Source: Paraspadella gotoi (Eukaryota; Animalia; Chaetognatha). From it: a stretch of DNA of 64,000 nt. The position numbers were made by a program, and so were the translations under genes. The stretch spans positions 18,631,581 to 18,695,580 of the forward strand of contig CM119264.1 in NCBI GenBank assembly GCA_051294375.1, given 5' to 3'. A model generated the notes under the pieces. That model did no database searches. It worked only from the letters and a program-made list of their open reading frames with translations, and had not been told where the DNA came from. Shown here piece by piece: positions 41,101 to 53,487 of the stretch (its first letter is position 1; each line of letters opens with the position of its first letter).

Positions 41101-43947
41101 TCGCCGCAACCTCGACGAACTCTTGGCCCAGCTCGACGACAAAGTTGAGCTCTACAAAGATCAAGAGGAGCAAAAGATCTTAGGATTGGAGCGGCAGAAA
41201 TCGGCTTTTCTGGAGCACGCCGAGAGGCTGGGGGAGCAGAATAGGAAAGGTTAACGGTTAAGCTGAGAAATAAAATGACGAAACAAATTTAAAATATAAT
41301 AAGGACGACTTTTCCACTACCTTCCAGTGAATTTTTAAATAATTTATTTTATAATGTCCGATCAGAAAACGAACCTTACGATTCGCCGCCGTCAGTGAAG
41401 GAAGTTTCGGATTTGATAAACGCGGCGGAATTGGAAAACATGATTTCCAAAGAGAAGAACAAGTACTCAAATATCGTGGGGAACTCAAACGAGAGGCCTT
41501 CAAATCCCTTTCGGAGGTGAGAGTAAATTCATATATTCATTTAATCTCTTTGTATTTTTTTCCTTTAAACTAACTAGGTCAATTTCCCACCAATTCACAG
41601 AGATCCACAACTCAGTCATCGGGGAGACTTTCGCGTGACCGTCCCATCCAACGAGGCCACAAACGAAGTTAACTCTGCCGTCGACCAAACCACGTTGCTT
41701 GGCAACAACGCGTTTCGATCGCTTAGTAACGAGCTTACGCCTATCGACCACGAGGACAACGAGATCTCGAACAGGATTCACGATTCGCCCATTTTGAGGG
41801 CAGATAGAATGATCGGTAAGCGGGTGGTATGTGTTCGAAGTGATTGGTTAATGGCTTCAGATGGTTGGTCATGGTTTTTTAGAGATAGTCATACGAGAGC
41901 AACAACAGCAACAACAACTTAATAAAAACACCTGCAGCAGGTGAACGGGAGAGTAAATGAGATTTGAAGGAAAGAGAGGAAACGGTTTAATTGCTTTTCA
42001 CAAAGCCGTTAATCTAGATTTGAAGCTTTTAGGAGAAAGGATAGAAAGAGAAAACAGTCAAAAACAGATAAAGGGTAGTTAATGAAGGGATGAAGAGAAA
42101 CGGGGAGAGAGACACAGAAAACGAGGGGAAGGGGATGCGAGAAGGAGAGAAAGGGATAGAGAAAGAGAAAAAGGTGAGATGAAAATTTATTGACGCGGTG
42201 CCAGAACAGCCGCCCACTCCCTGGCTAACCTCCCTGGCCCACGTTTCCACAGATACCAACTCAATTTGCCCGGCGGTCGACGGCTTTGTGGATGGATGCC
42301 AGGGCGCCGACGTTTCGCGGGAACACAGTTTGATCTTCGAGGATCTTTGCGCCAGGCACGAGATGTGCTACAGATGCGGCATCGCGGCGGATAAAGGTCA
42401 GACAATTTATGAAACGTGATTAGAAAATTGGACTCTTGGTACAGATGTTGATCAGTGCAGAAAACCGAAGTGAAAGATACAAAATCATTTTTTCCGCGAT
42501 TAAAAATTTTTTTAACGTTTGTCAGTCTTGCCAACTCGGCCTTAACTATCCACAACTTGTCCGAAGTTATTACGCATTGAATGTATGGAAAATATTTAAA
42601 AAGATAGTACCATTAAAAAGTGATGGACGCTCTATCCGCTCAGTGCCGAGACTCCCTTATCGCAAACAAAAACGCGGCGGGTTCCCATAACGGAAAACAA
42701 TTATGCATCGTTATGTGGTTGAAAGAAATCGATTGTGCGAGAGAAGAAACATCCAAGCTAAGCGAAGTTCGATATTTTTGAAACGAAAGACGGGATCATG
42801 GGCGTTTCGCTGTAACCAATGTACATACCAAAAAGAAAGGTATCGGCGTCTCGGAACTCACGACCGTCTGCATTACAGAAGGTCAACATATCTTTGACGC
42901 CGGTGACGTGACAAGACAAAGACGCCGAATAGATGACGTTGACGGCAAATTGCCAGTTTTATCGCGTCGGTGCGGGATTGCCAATTTTATGGCCGAGCCG
43001 AATGACATTCTCGCGTTGAGAATGACTTGAGAACCGAAGAGTTGTTGACCTCAAAAGGTACGAAAAGGAATGACACATACTGTCACTTAAAGTGTCAGCA
43101 ATTCCTTTTTTTTGTTGTCAAGATTCTATTTTTATTTTAACGTTACTAACTGACAAGAATATTAAAGTAATGAAATCATCCTAAGAATAATAAAGAGAGT
43201 AAAGAGGAAACTATTTTTCCCAATAGTTCGATAAATGTTTTTATTAATTGAGAATGGACGTTAGTAAACGGATAGAACTCGCTCATCGATTTGGTTAACC
43301 AAGTGGCTTTGAGAGCGAAGGTTCGTTCAGACCAAAGCCAATTAAATATAGTTTTTTATTCAGATAAATGAAAAAACAAAATTTTATCGTTGAGTCGTCC
43401 TTTTTCATTTAAAAAAAAAGGTTCCATAGACTATAAATAAAATATTTAAATTATAATATTCCACGAAGGTCTTTGCAGTCGTATGCACGAACGTCATTTG
43501 TCAGCTTTAATAATATGATTTATCTTCCGAATGACTGATTAAGTTAAATTAGTGAGAGAGCGGATTAGGGGAAACAAGCGATACGTGAAACCAATTGTGA
43601 CGTTGTGTCGAGATGCGTTTGGCAATGTTCTTATTCCATACTTCTGCCAACCTTCCTTTAACGCACGACTGCTAATCTTTCTAACCGGAGGTCGCCTTTC
43701 CCCATGATCACTCGCTTACTGCGATTCCCTTCGCCCCCTTTATCCATCAGAGCGAGCAACATGTGACAAGAGGTTCGCGGATGGCGCCGTCGTCGCCTGC
43801 CGCTTCGCCCGCGATGGATCCTGTCTTAATGCTGCCCAACGTCTGCTCAGCCACCTGCAACGTAACGTCTTTTATTTCTACCCTTTCCCGCTGGGTGACG
43901 GAGGGCGCTGCAGCGAAAAATGTGTTAGGGATTTCATCGAATCTTGA
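38174..43947 (+). CDS. Secreted preproprotein (~604 aa) with C-terminal conodipine/group IX-like phospholipase A2 domain, probably catalytically altered
   Basis: Six phase-consistent GT-AG exons: 38174-39044, 41013-41249, 41366-41516, 41601-41815, 42253-42396, 43751-43947 (1815 nt, ending TGA). N-terminal hydrophobic segment WGVFSALLIAILVVHIDVSSVEG. Basic cleavage-like sites RAKRR and RRTKR. C-terminal 10-Cys domain ICPAVDGFVDGC...FEDLCARHEMCYRCG...TCDKRF...AC...SCLNAA...RCSEKC matches the DGC..F..C..HD.CY.CG..CD..F pattern of conodipine-type sPLA2. Confidence 0.8.
40700..40990 (-). mobile_element. Helentron/DINE-1-like element, copy D (in intron 1 of the PLA2-like gene)
   Basis: AACAAGAACGGTGATTCCAATGTGTTGCGCCGC ... 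GAAGGCGTCGCTAGCAGTC ... GAGTTGCTCAGCGAGTACTCATGGCACAACTAAAA. Confidence 0.7.
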
Positions 43948-44498
43948 TGAAGATTTAATTTAGAATCAACGTCAAAATCATCAATCGTTTTGATTTTTAT
44001 TTGTTTTGCTTTTTTTTTTCTTTTTGTTCAGGACAACGAAAAACGTCCTTTGCTATAACAATAATTATAAATCGTTAAATATTTTTTAACGACCCGGTGG
44101 AAACTATGAGAGAACGAGAAAAAGATCTCGTTTAGCCCAGTTGTGTTCGCGATGTTTATCAAAAGCGAAAAAAAGAACATATTGACATCTGCTACATCTT
44201 TGAATTTGTGCTAAATCAAAAGAAAATGTAAAAATTATCTCCTACCTTGGGTAAGTTATTTTGAGAGAGATTTGTAACAATTTTTTTTTATGTCGCACTC
44301 ATTGTTTTTCAATGTCCTTCTATCTATTATTGTTATTCATTAAAAAGATTTTCTTCGTAATTCTCTATTTGTTTTCGTGAGATTGTGATATATCCTCCGA
44401 TTTCGTGACTATTTTTTCAATTTACGCTGCCATGTGACCTTATGCTCTCTCTTTCTCTCCCTTTGTCCCTTTCCGTCTCTCTCTCTTTCTCGTTCTCT

Positions 44499-44555
<57 letters not shown>

Positions 44556-45221
44556 CAATTTTGTTTTAAAAAAATCGGAATAACCGAAATATCAAAAACC
44601 TTTCTTCTTGTATTGCGTACTATCGAATAATCCATACACAAAACAAAACTTATCCGACCCTTTTTGTGTCTATTTACGAATCATTTGGGCCCATAAGGTT
44701 ATTGTAAACTTAGTTTTCCTACTTTTCAAGTTTTTTTTTTTTAAATGAGAATCCCTATTTATTTCTTTCTACATTCCCAGCACCTTGTACTTCCAATTTA
44801 CTCATGTTACTTTATCACGCGCGAATTTTGACTTTTTGAGTATGAAAAAAAATTTGAAAAATATTTTAGTAATCGCCTCTGACATAGTTAACGAATAAAC
44901 GTTTATGTTTTTATATTCTCAGTATATCATGTTTGAAAGGTGTGCCTATTGGACATTCCATTCTGTAATAAAGCTATAATAGTTTGGTATATTTTTAAAA
45001 AAATAAACATACTATCCCGTATTAGGTTTTAGGTAATATCGATTAATTCAAAACAGCTCGCTAATTCTTACATTTTGACAATTATATCTTAATAAAGCTA
45101 AAGGCAGTTAAAAGTTCTCACTAAAAATATTGGAAATATTTGAGGCAAATGATAATCACTGAATATCGATAATGACCTCAAATCGAGTGTGTCCTCAAAA
45201 CCAAAGTCTGCAGTCTCTTAC

Positions 45222-47705
45222 TATTGGCAAAGACGCTGGAGATGGCGTATGCGGTGCCAGCGATAGAAGGCGGGGCGCATTCCGTGGCGATGACACCGAA
45301 TATGGCGATCGGGCCGTAGGAGCAGAATCCCATTATGACGCCGAGAAAAGAAACCCAAGCCTGGTACGAGAAATATTTACAATGTTTATATTGTGACCGA
45401 ATACGATGTACAATATCGTACACAATAAAAATTGAAAATAGCAATAAACTAAAAATAAGCATCTTAAACCCTCGTGAAAAAGCCGACTCACTTCAGAGGT
45501 GGAGGGTTCAACTGTAGAGACGAAGAGATGCAGACTGGCGGCGAGGAATCCCATGAGGACGACGATGACGATCATCCGGGGATTTCGTTGTCGACCCTGA
45601 ACGAAAACGAAACACGAGATCAACGTCAAATCGTTCAGATGCCGAAAGGGTTTATACATCACAATTGTTTACTGTTTTAAACTGGTCTTGCCACCATCGG
45701 TGAGGTAGAAATCGTTAAGGTGAGATGGTAAAAAAAATTAGAAAAACATTTTAACTATCGCCCCTGATATCTGACGTAAGAATGGAAAAAAAAGCAGTCT
45801 AAACCTTCAAAGAAATTCACCATAAAATCCCATCCACCTTCTCACTGCAAACAACCCTAGGGGGCTTAGATCTCATACATACGGTAAGAGGGTATTCTAG
45901 TTTTTATCCATATTTTTGCCATGAAGCAAAAAATGAGAGATTATTTTTATTATTCTTATTAAATGCAGATTATTCACCGCACGTCAGAACTCGAAAGGAA
46001 GATGGCAGGAAATGTTTTGGGTGAGGAATTGAGAAAAACTGACCTCTCGCGCGGGAGAGTTAACGTCATCAGCTTTGGCAATCATCCGATCTCCCCAATA
46101 CCCAGCCAAGATGGCGCCCACCATTCCGCCCATCTCAAAACAGCTGGTGTAGGCGCTCGCTTCGTAGGTTTCGTTGTTGTTGTAGTTGTTGTTGTCAAAC
46201 GAGCGTCAGAGAATAATGGATGATTCAACGCGGGTATGGGAATGGAAAAAAAAAAAGAAAGAGAGGGACGCGAGAAGGATATTGGCAGCGCGAAAAAGAG
46301 TAAAAAAAATAGAAGTTTTTACTTGGTTTAAATTAGCTTAGACGGTGACAATAGGAACAAAATTAAAAAAACTAAAAGTACAGTAAATGTTGGAATCAGT
46401 GATAAAATATATAATTATAAGTTGTCATGAGCAATTGATCAAGATTTTTAAAACATTGTTTCAAAGAAATGTAAAAAAAGATTGATTCAGCTTTAACGTG
46501 ACAAGAAAGCTGAGTGTGTTCCCGATGCTCATAATAAAGGAGACGGGTCCCCAATTCGTCATTCGTCATGTGATCGTCTTGGAGAAGGAAAGCCGCGAGT
46601 CGCGATCGAAGGAGAGACCACGGGAAAAACAGAGAAATTTAAAGCGGGGTGTGCAACTAAAGCCGGTTTTGTCACAGAAGAGTGTAACAAGAATTTAAGA
46701 TGCGTGGGTGAAACTATTGCGTGGGCGAGGAAAAAGTTAAGACGAAAATAGGTGATGAAAAAAAAACGAATGGGGAGATTCACTGACGTCGCGAAAAACT
46801 GACAGCAGCTTTGTAAAAATAAAATAAGAATTAATGGGATAAAAAGATGTAATCATAAAAAGCCTATGAAAAGCCTTGACGGTAATTTTCATGTTTCACA
46901 TTTCATATTTGAGGGGAATCCAAATAAGGACGAAGTGAATTTCCGACCAGCAATATGGGGTCAGAAAAAGAGTCATGGATCCAATAGGCATGCCAATATT
47001 GCGTCAGGGGAGCAAGAAAAAACATGAAACGCAAAGTAGAGACGAATTGCAAAACAGGGACTACGCCGACAACAAACACGAGGACGACAACCGACGTGTG
47101 ATGACGATGATGAGGATGACGATCATGATGATGAATTCCGGTCGCTGCAGTCCCCTTCCTCCGGAGACGAAAAACGACGATAAAAACGACGAGATAGAAG
47201 ACGAAGACGACGACCTCAACTCAAAGGTGGCCAACAAACAAGGACAACCACGAGACGGACGTCGATGATGACGACGACTGGAGAAAAAGAAAAACAGGCT
47301 CGTCTCAGTTATAGAAAAAAAAAATCGAAAGAAATAATCACACCGAGTTGATATCATTCTTATAAGTGAGCGTGATTGAGTTAATAAATATAAAACGTAA
47401 TAAGCGTGATTGAGTTATAAAATATAAATGGTGAAATTAAGAAATCCTTGAACGTCGTCAAGTTAGCAAAGAGTAAAATAATGAAAAAAAGGCGAAGGAA
47501 GATAAATCAGGAGGCAGACGCTATTTGCCCGCTTCGCCTGATGTAGACAAACGACCTAACATCGGAAATGATTTAGCCGATCGGAACCAGAACGTCGCGA
47601 GTGGATTTATGAGGATTTGTGATCGTAATTTTTTTTGCGCGAGAAGTCAGTCATAAATCTTACGAACATTACGGAAGAAGCAGGTTGCATTTTTATCATA
47701 TCAAC

Positions 47706-47754
<49 letters not shown>

Positions 47755-50700
47755 TTAGCAGTTGAAGACAATGCTGCACAATGAAGCATTTCTTGGTTTT
47801 AATTTGCAAAATCTAGAGCGAAAACGTCGATTCTCTGATCAATTTATCCATTGCTGCTTTTCTCTTCTTTCCATCCATTTCTAAATGAGGAAAAGGTGAC
47901 GTTATCGGATTTATGGGAGAAAAGGCTGAGGCAGGGTTAGAATTGCTTTAAGGAGAAAGAATGACTTAACCGCTCTTAACGATTCTTTTTTTTTTAATAT
48001 TTTTTTCTTTCCCTTTTTTTCTCAGTAAGGTCGTTGATGATGAGGGAGGCGATGAAGACGACGACGATGAAGACGACGACGATGAAGACGACGACAAAGT
48101 CAACGACGACGGCCATGACCCTGTCGATGCTCAATCTTCAGTATGACGTCATTCCATCTTTCTTCCATCCCCTTCGCTTTTCCGCAGTTTAAATCGACCT
48201 CTCTCTCTTTCTCTCTCTCACCCTCACTGACAATAACACTCAAATGCTCCTATCGGCTAATCGCTGTAATAAAGCCGACTTTTGATTCATGCATCTAAAA
48301 AATCAGCTTTAACTGCGACAATTTTAAACCAATTTTAAACTATAAGGACAGCTGCTGAGTTTTTTACCTTAGTTATTCTGGTCTCACGGGACACGAGATA
48401 ATCGGAGAGCGCTCCGGCGAAAATGGAACCGACGATTCCGGAAAACTCTATCGAAGCCGGAAGCAAACTGGCTGAACGGAATCAACGCCGAAAAAAGGGA
48501 GGGGAAGGTGGAACACGAATTTTGGGAGGTTTCGTTGACCTGCTTCTCGTTACGGTGAATCGTTCGATAAATTAATCGAACAAAAATTGAACCACAAACG
48601 GTAATTGGTGCCATAAAATAATAGTTAATAACTCAATTAGTGAAAAATTTCTAGAATGTCAGTGTTACGAGCAAAGTGAAAGTGAAAAGTAGACTGTAAA
48701 GAAAACGAAGTACGTACGTATATATAAATGTTGTTCTTACCGGAGACTCGATCTCTGCCGCATTCCTGGATCAAATACATTTGACCCCAATCGACGATGC
48801 AGGTTTTGATCATAAAAACCGTCAAATATGCAAAGCAAACCAACTGAAAAAAAGATCAATTAAATATCTCGCGACATTTAATGAAATGACAATCGAAAAC
48901 AACGTCATGCTTTGATTACCTGTAAAAAAGTAAACGTAAAGAGATCAGATGTTTTGGGTTTTTCATGGTCTACGCCATCGTCGCCGTCGTCTTTCTTGTC
49001 GTCTTTCTTTTCTCGGTTGACCGGAGGAAGACCCACATCGGAAGGAGAATTCTGAAGTCAAATAGAAATGATGTTAAACAATTACTACATTCATTCTTTT
49101 TATCTGTCTCTCTATCCCTCTCAATCTTTCTTTCTAGTTCTCTTTCTCTCCGCCCCACCTTGAGGGACACAAAGAAGACGGCGGCCAAGGCAAATGACAC
49201 GCATGCCGGCGCCACCATGGAGGTGCGCCAATCGAATCGCGCTACGATCCAGGCGGCGAGCAGCGGCGCCACGGAGCCCGCCACGTTGGCGGAGGTGGAG
49301 AGAACGGACCACCAGGTGCCAAAGGAGGAAGGGGGGAACCAGGATTTAAGAAGTTTGGCGCAGGAGGGCCAGCCACCGCCCTGGGCTGATCGTGGGTCGA
49401 TGGGGACATTGAGGGGAGAGGGAGGGGGAGAGATCAGAAGAGTTATAGAACAATGATATTAACTATCCACTTCGTTGCTAAAGATCAAATCATTAACTAC
49501 CGAAAAGCATAACGAAAATAAAAATAAAATCCTCATATCAAAAAAGAACATAAAACGTAAAACATAAAACTACTTATCAGGTAAACAACGCTTCAAACTT
49601 ACACTATTTCGCCATGAACCACTCTTGCATCCTTCATACCCTACAGACTACCCACCACTTCGCACCGACTACTAACCCCTCAACCAATCCCCATTAGCCT
49701 CACCAAGCCCGTTCAAGAACCAGGCGGCGGCAAAGACGGAGACCGACGAGGAAGAAGCGAAGACGAGGTTGGTCATTCCCGTCAAGATCAATCCGAGGCA
49801 GAACATGAGACGCGCTGAGAGGTAGTCGGACAGGATGGCGCCTGTGGGAAAACCAAATTCCAGATGGAAGCGATGTTATTGCTCTGGTAGGCGATTTTTT
49901 ATCGTAGGAATTGACCCCGGATTTGGAATTCGATTTAGACGTCGTCGTCTCGATAGTTGTCGTCGTCGTCATCTCGACTAGCAATCCCCCGGAGGAATCC
50001 GCTCTTCCGAATAAGGAAAGAAGAAAAGGCAACGACCGTCGTTTTTCACGTCGTTTGCGAGAGCGAGGAAATGCCGAGAGCCAAATATAGAGCAATGGAG
50101 CAAAGAGATAACGTAATTTAAAGTATTCAAGAATTTATGAGGCTAGAGCCGGGAGGGGGAAACAGAGTTAAGCGGCGACCGTCATCACGGCGACGATGGA
50201 GTCGAGAAATATCATTTCGGCGTGAAACTTCGTCAAGTCGAACGTAAGAGAAACTTCAATCGTCAATCTTCATCTCGGGGTCAAACATTTTCGATGTGTT
50301 GAAATAAAAGTCATGGCGTCAGTAAAGTCAAACTGAGTTAAAAGTTATAATGCCGTCAGTCGTTTCATCAACGTATTTCTTAGTGATAAATTAGCATCAC
50401 ACTTTGAGGAATCTTTGTGACATTTTTGTTAGAAAAATCCTCAAAGGTTATTACGGTGACAAAAATAATTTATGCAAAGGTATCTCGTCCGTAGAGATCT
50501 CATCAATAAAACGTCGTCAGTCATCGAGGCGTCAAACGTCTCTTCGCCGAGTTGCGGATTGGCTGTCGAGTTGGAGATGCCCTTAATCCATCAAAATCTT
50601 GCGTTGCGCAGGGAAAGTAATTGGATTTTGGGTGTGGGATCAAGGAAAAAAAACTGACTAAATCCAATTGAGAAGTTAGAGTTACTTATCAATTTGGGAA

Positions 50701-51724
50701 AGTTATTTCGGGAATTCTTTCGAAATGTCTTGGAAAAAAGTTCATCCGTTTATAGTTGAAAAATCATTGTACGTATAATTAGGGATTTTACATTCCATTT
50801 GTATGTCTTAAAAAGTTTTCTTAACAGATTTTACCATCAATCGACCTCATACGAACATTCATAAAATCAAAAAACTGGCCCCCTAAATGTCAGAAAATTA
50901 ACGTTAATCTTAAATAGAGTAGGTGTTACAAAATAGTGTGCAATTCTGTTAATTAGAAAATGGAAAACCAAGTACCTGCGAATTTGGAGGCGGCGTAAGC
51001 AAGCATCTGGGCGGAAGCGATAAACCCAAGGGAATCCTTGCTCAAATTCTCTTCGGCGGCGAGGGACGGCATCGCGAAAGAAAAGGTTTTTCTGGCGTCG
51101 ATAAGGAATTCATAGAAGTCAATGAACTTTCATGAGTTTAATTCATGATTAATTGGTCTAAAATGGTGTAGTCGGGCAATGCATAAGTTTAACTCGCCTA
51201 TAAGCAAGACACCTTCAGTGGTGACCCGGTGGCTCATTGAGTACCATCAAATCAAGACCATTAGGTACCGGGAGAGATCCCCAATGATACCTACCCTGCA
51301 AGAAGCGTAAGGACGGCCGTAAACCGCCTTGGGGACCCGTTCCATGGCAATAGGGGGTTAAAGAAGTTGCAGATAGCACTCTTCAGCCCACTTAGCACCT
51401 TATCCACATGGTCTTATATTAGTCATAACAATAAAAATTAAATTCTTCATTCCATTAATCCGTTTTACTTCGAAACACTGACGGCAATATCTGGCCAAAT
51501 GGCTATCTTTAACCATTAACTGCTAACAAAAAAATACATTACCGTAAATAAAATATATATATCTAAAATTTTATTTTTCAAAACTTCTTTGTACGATAAT
51601 GGTATAAACGGATAAACAAATTTGATCTTAGTGAAAAATCGTTTTACCTGTTATAATAATACGACGAATATCCTAAAAACATGGATAAAAATATCGTTGT
51701 CTGATAGTATTGCAGTTTTTCCAT
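45222..51724 (-). CDS. SLC37A4: Glucose-6-phosphate exchanger / translocase (MFS, OPA family), SLC37A4-like; 3' terminal exon not located
   Basis: Nine phase-consistent exons (minus): 51724-51648, 51091-50976, 49841-49704, 49385-49159, 49051-48920, 48843-48741, 46159-46044, 45596-45492, 45360-45222. Translation [36 protein letters not shown]...[44 protein letters not shown]...[15 protein letters not shown]...[18 protein letters not shown]...[27 protein letters not shown] follows the vertebrate G6PT sequence as I recall it. Confidence 0.92.
47708..47751. repeat. (TA)n microsatellite
   Basis: Directly visible, in SLC37A4-like intron 6. Confidence 0.95.
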
Positions 51725-53438
51725 GGTTTTTGATTTTTGTAAAAAAGCGATAATACGTAGAAATCTGTATTAGAGCATCTTGGTTCGAATCGTTTCGATA
51801 TTTTCTAACTTATTCGTGAGATCCGTGACTTGAGTGAAGATCGTCGAGCGAATCACCTTCACAACTTACGGGCCTCTCAACCCTCTACTCGACAAGGGCG
51901 CGGCTCGGCGATTAGGATTCGCCAAACTGGTTCATGTTCAAGCACGTTTTTAAGCAAAACGGCAGCAAAACGTCCCGGCCGTCACGAACAAAGGAACAGT
52001 CGGGAGAACTGTCATCTTAGTCTGTGCAGAAAAGTAAAGCTTTACTTGTTATTCGCCATCTAGTGAGAAAAAATCGTTTGGTCCAGGACAAAAATTATTA
52101 TGAAAATTGCAAAATTACTTGTTTTACTATTTTATATTTAAGTTTTAGATTTTCAAATATTCATTAAAATTATATATTACAAATTCTATATTTTTTATTT
52201 TTATTATTATTATTATTTTTGGTTAATGAGAGAGGGCTGTTAGTGTTGTCTTTGGAAATAGAGGGAGAATCTATACAACACAAGGTTATATTACTTCCTG
52301 GCCTAGTTTTCTAAATAGATATCACACATCATTTCTGTGAGAAAATCATTAATGAGCCCCTCATAATATCTAAAAGGGGTGGAATGTATTATTTTTGGGT
52401 TATGTCTGATTTTTTTTTTATCTTAATAAGGATAAGACTACCAAGTAGAATCGTATGCTCTGATAGGGATACATATTGAGAAAAAAAAAATTTATAGGGA
52501 AACCTTTATATTTTAAGTGTAATTTTATTACATATATATATTTTTTCTTCTGTTTAAATTAATTCCTATTTTAAGACAAGAAGATAAGCTCTTTAATCCC
52601 AATATCCACTTATCCAGGTATAGGCGAGCCATCACCAAATGGTGATCCTTCCTATGTTATATGGCAAAGATGTTCGAACGAACGTTGGTGAAATAAAAAA
52701 AAACCACTGGAGTGAAAATAGTTCTTGAAAAATTTCATGGTTATTTTTAATTTTTGTGATATTATTTAATTGACATCTTTTTTTCGGGCAACATGATTAC
52801 AAATACTACAACTCCAAGATCGTGAAAAACTTAATTAATTTCGTGATAATTCTAGTCAGTAGGCAATCACTGAATTAAACTGATTCTTTTTTTTCTGTAA
52901 AGGAAAAGAGAAAAACAATAAGAATAGAAAATTCGAGTCATTAAATAGCGCAAATAATGACAAGGAATCTTTGAGGGGATCATTTGTTATTGACTTCCTT
53001 GGGTTGTTGCTGCCATCTCTTGCCAATGCCATAAAGCCCTACCAAAAGACTAGCATGAAACTTTGAAAGCCTTAATGTACTTCTATAGACTATACGAGTA
53101 TAAAATGTTTTTGTTTATATTACATTTTTATGATCATTCCTAGAAAAGTTAGGACCAGGCTTAGAAAAGTTTTGTATGGTCCATATTTATTAATTTATTT
53201 AATAATATCCCATCCCAATACTATTTGGTCGAAAAGCAAAATTAGAATACTATTGGATGTATAGGGCAAGACATCTGATATTTTTTTTGTATAATAGATT
53301 CTATCGCCTTTCTTTGCTCAGGCTTCCTCTATTTATTTTTTGCCTTTAATTTTTTTTTTGGTAGTAGTTCATGCTCCTGCTTTTTTTATCTAATTCGATT
53401 TTTTATCATTTATATTTTACGATTTTTCCTTTAATAAA

Positions 53439-53439
<1 letters not shown>

Positions 53440-53484
<45 letters not shown>
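53440..53484. repeat. (TAA)n microsatellite
   Basis: Directly visible. Confidence 0.95.

Positions 53485-53487
<3 letters not shown>

Noticed and set aside
51205-51410. Possible SINE or snoRNA in SLC37A4-like intron 1
   Set aside because: The A/B boxes are too degenerate, and no C/D or H/ACA structure could be supported.
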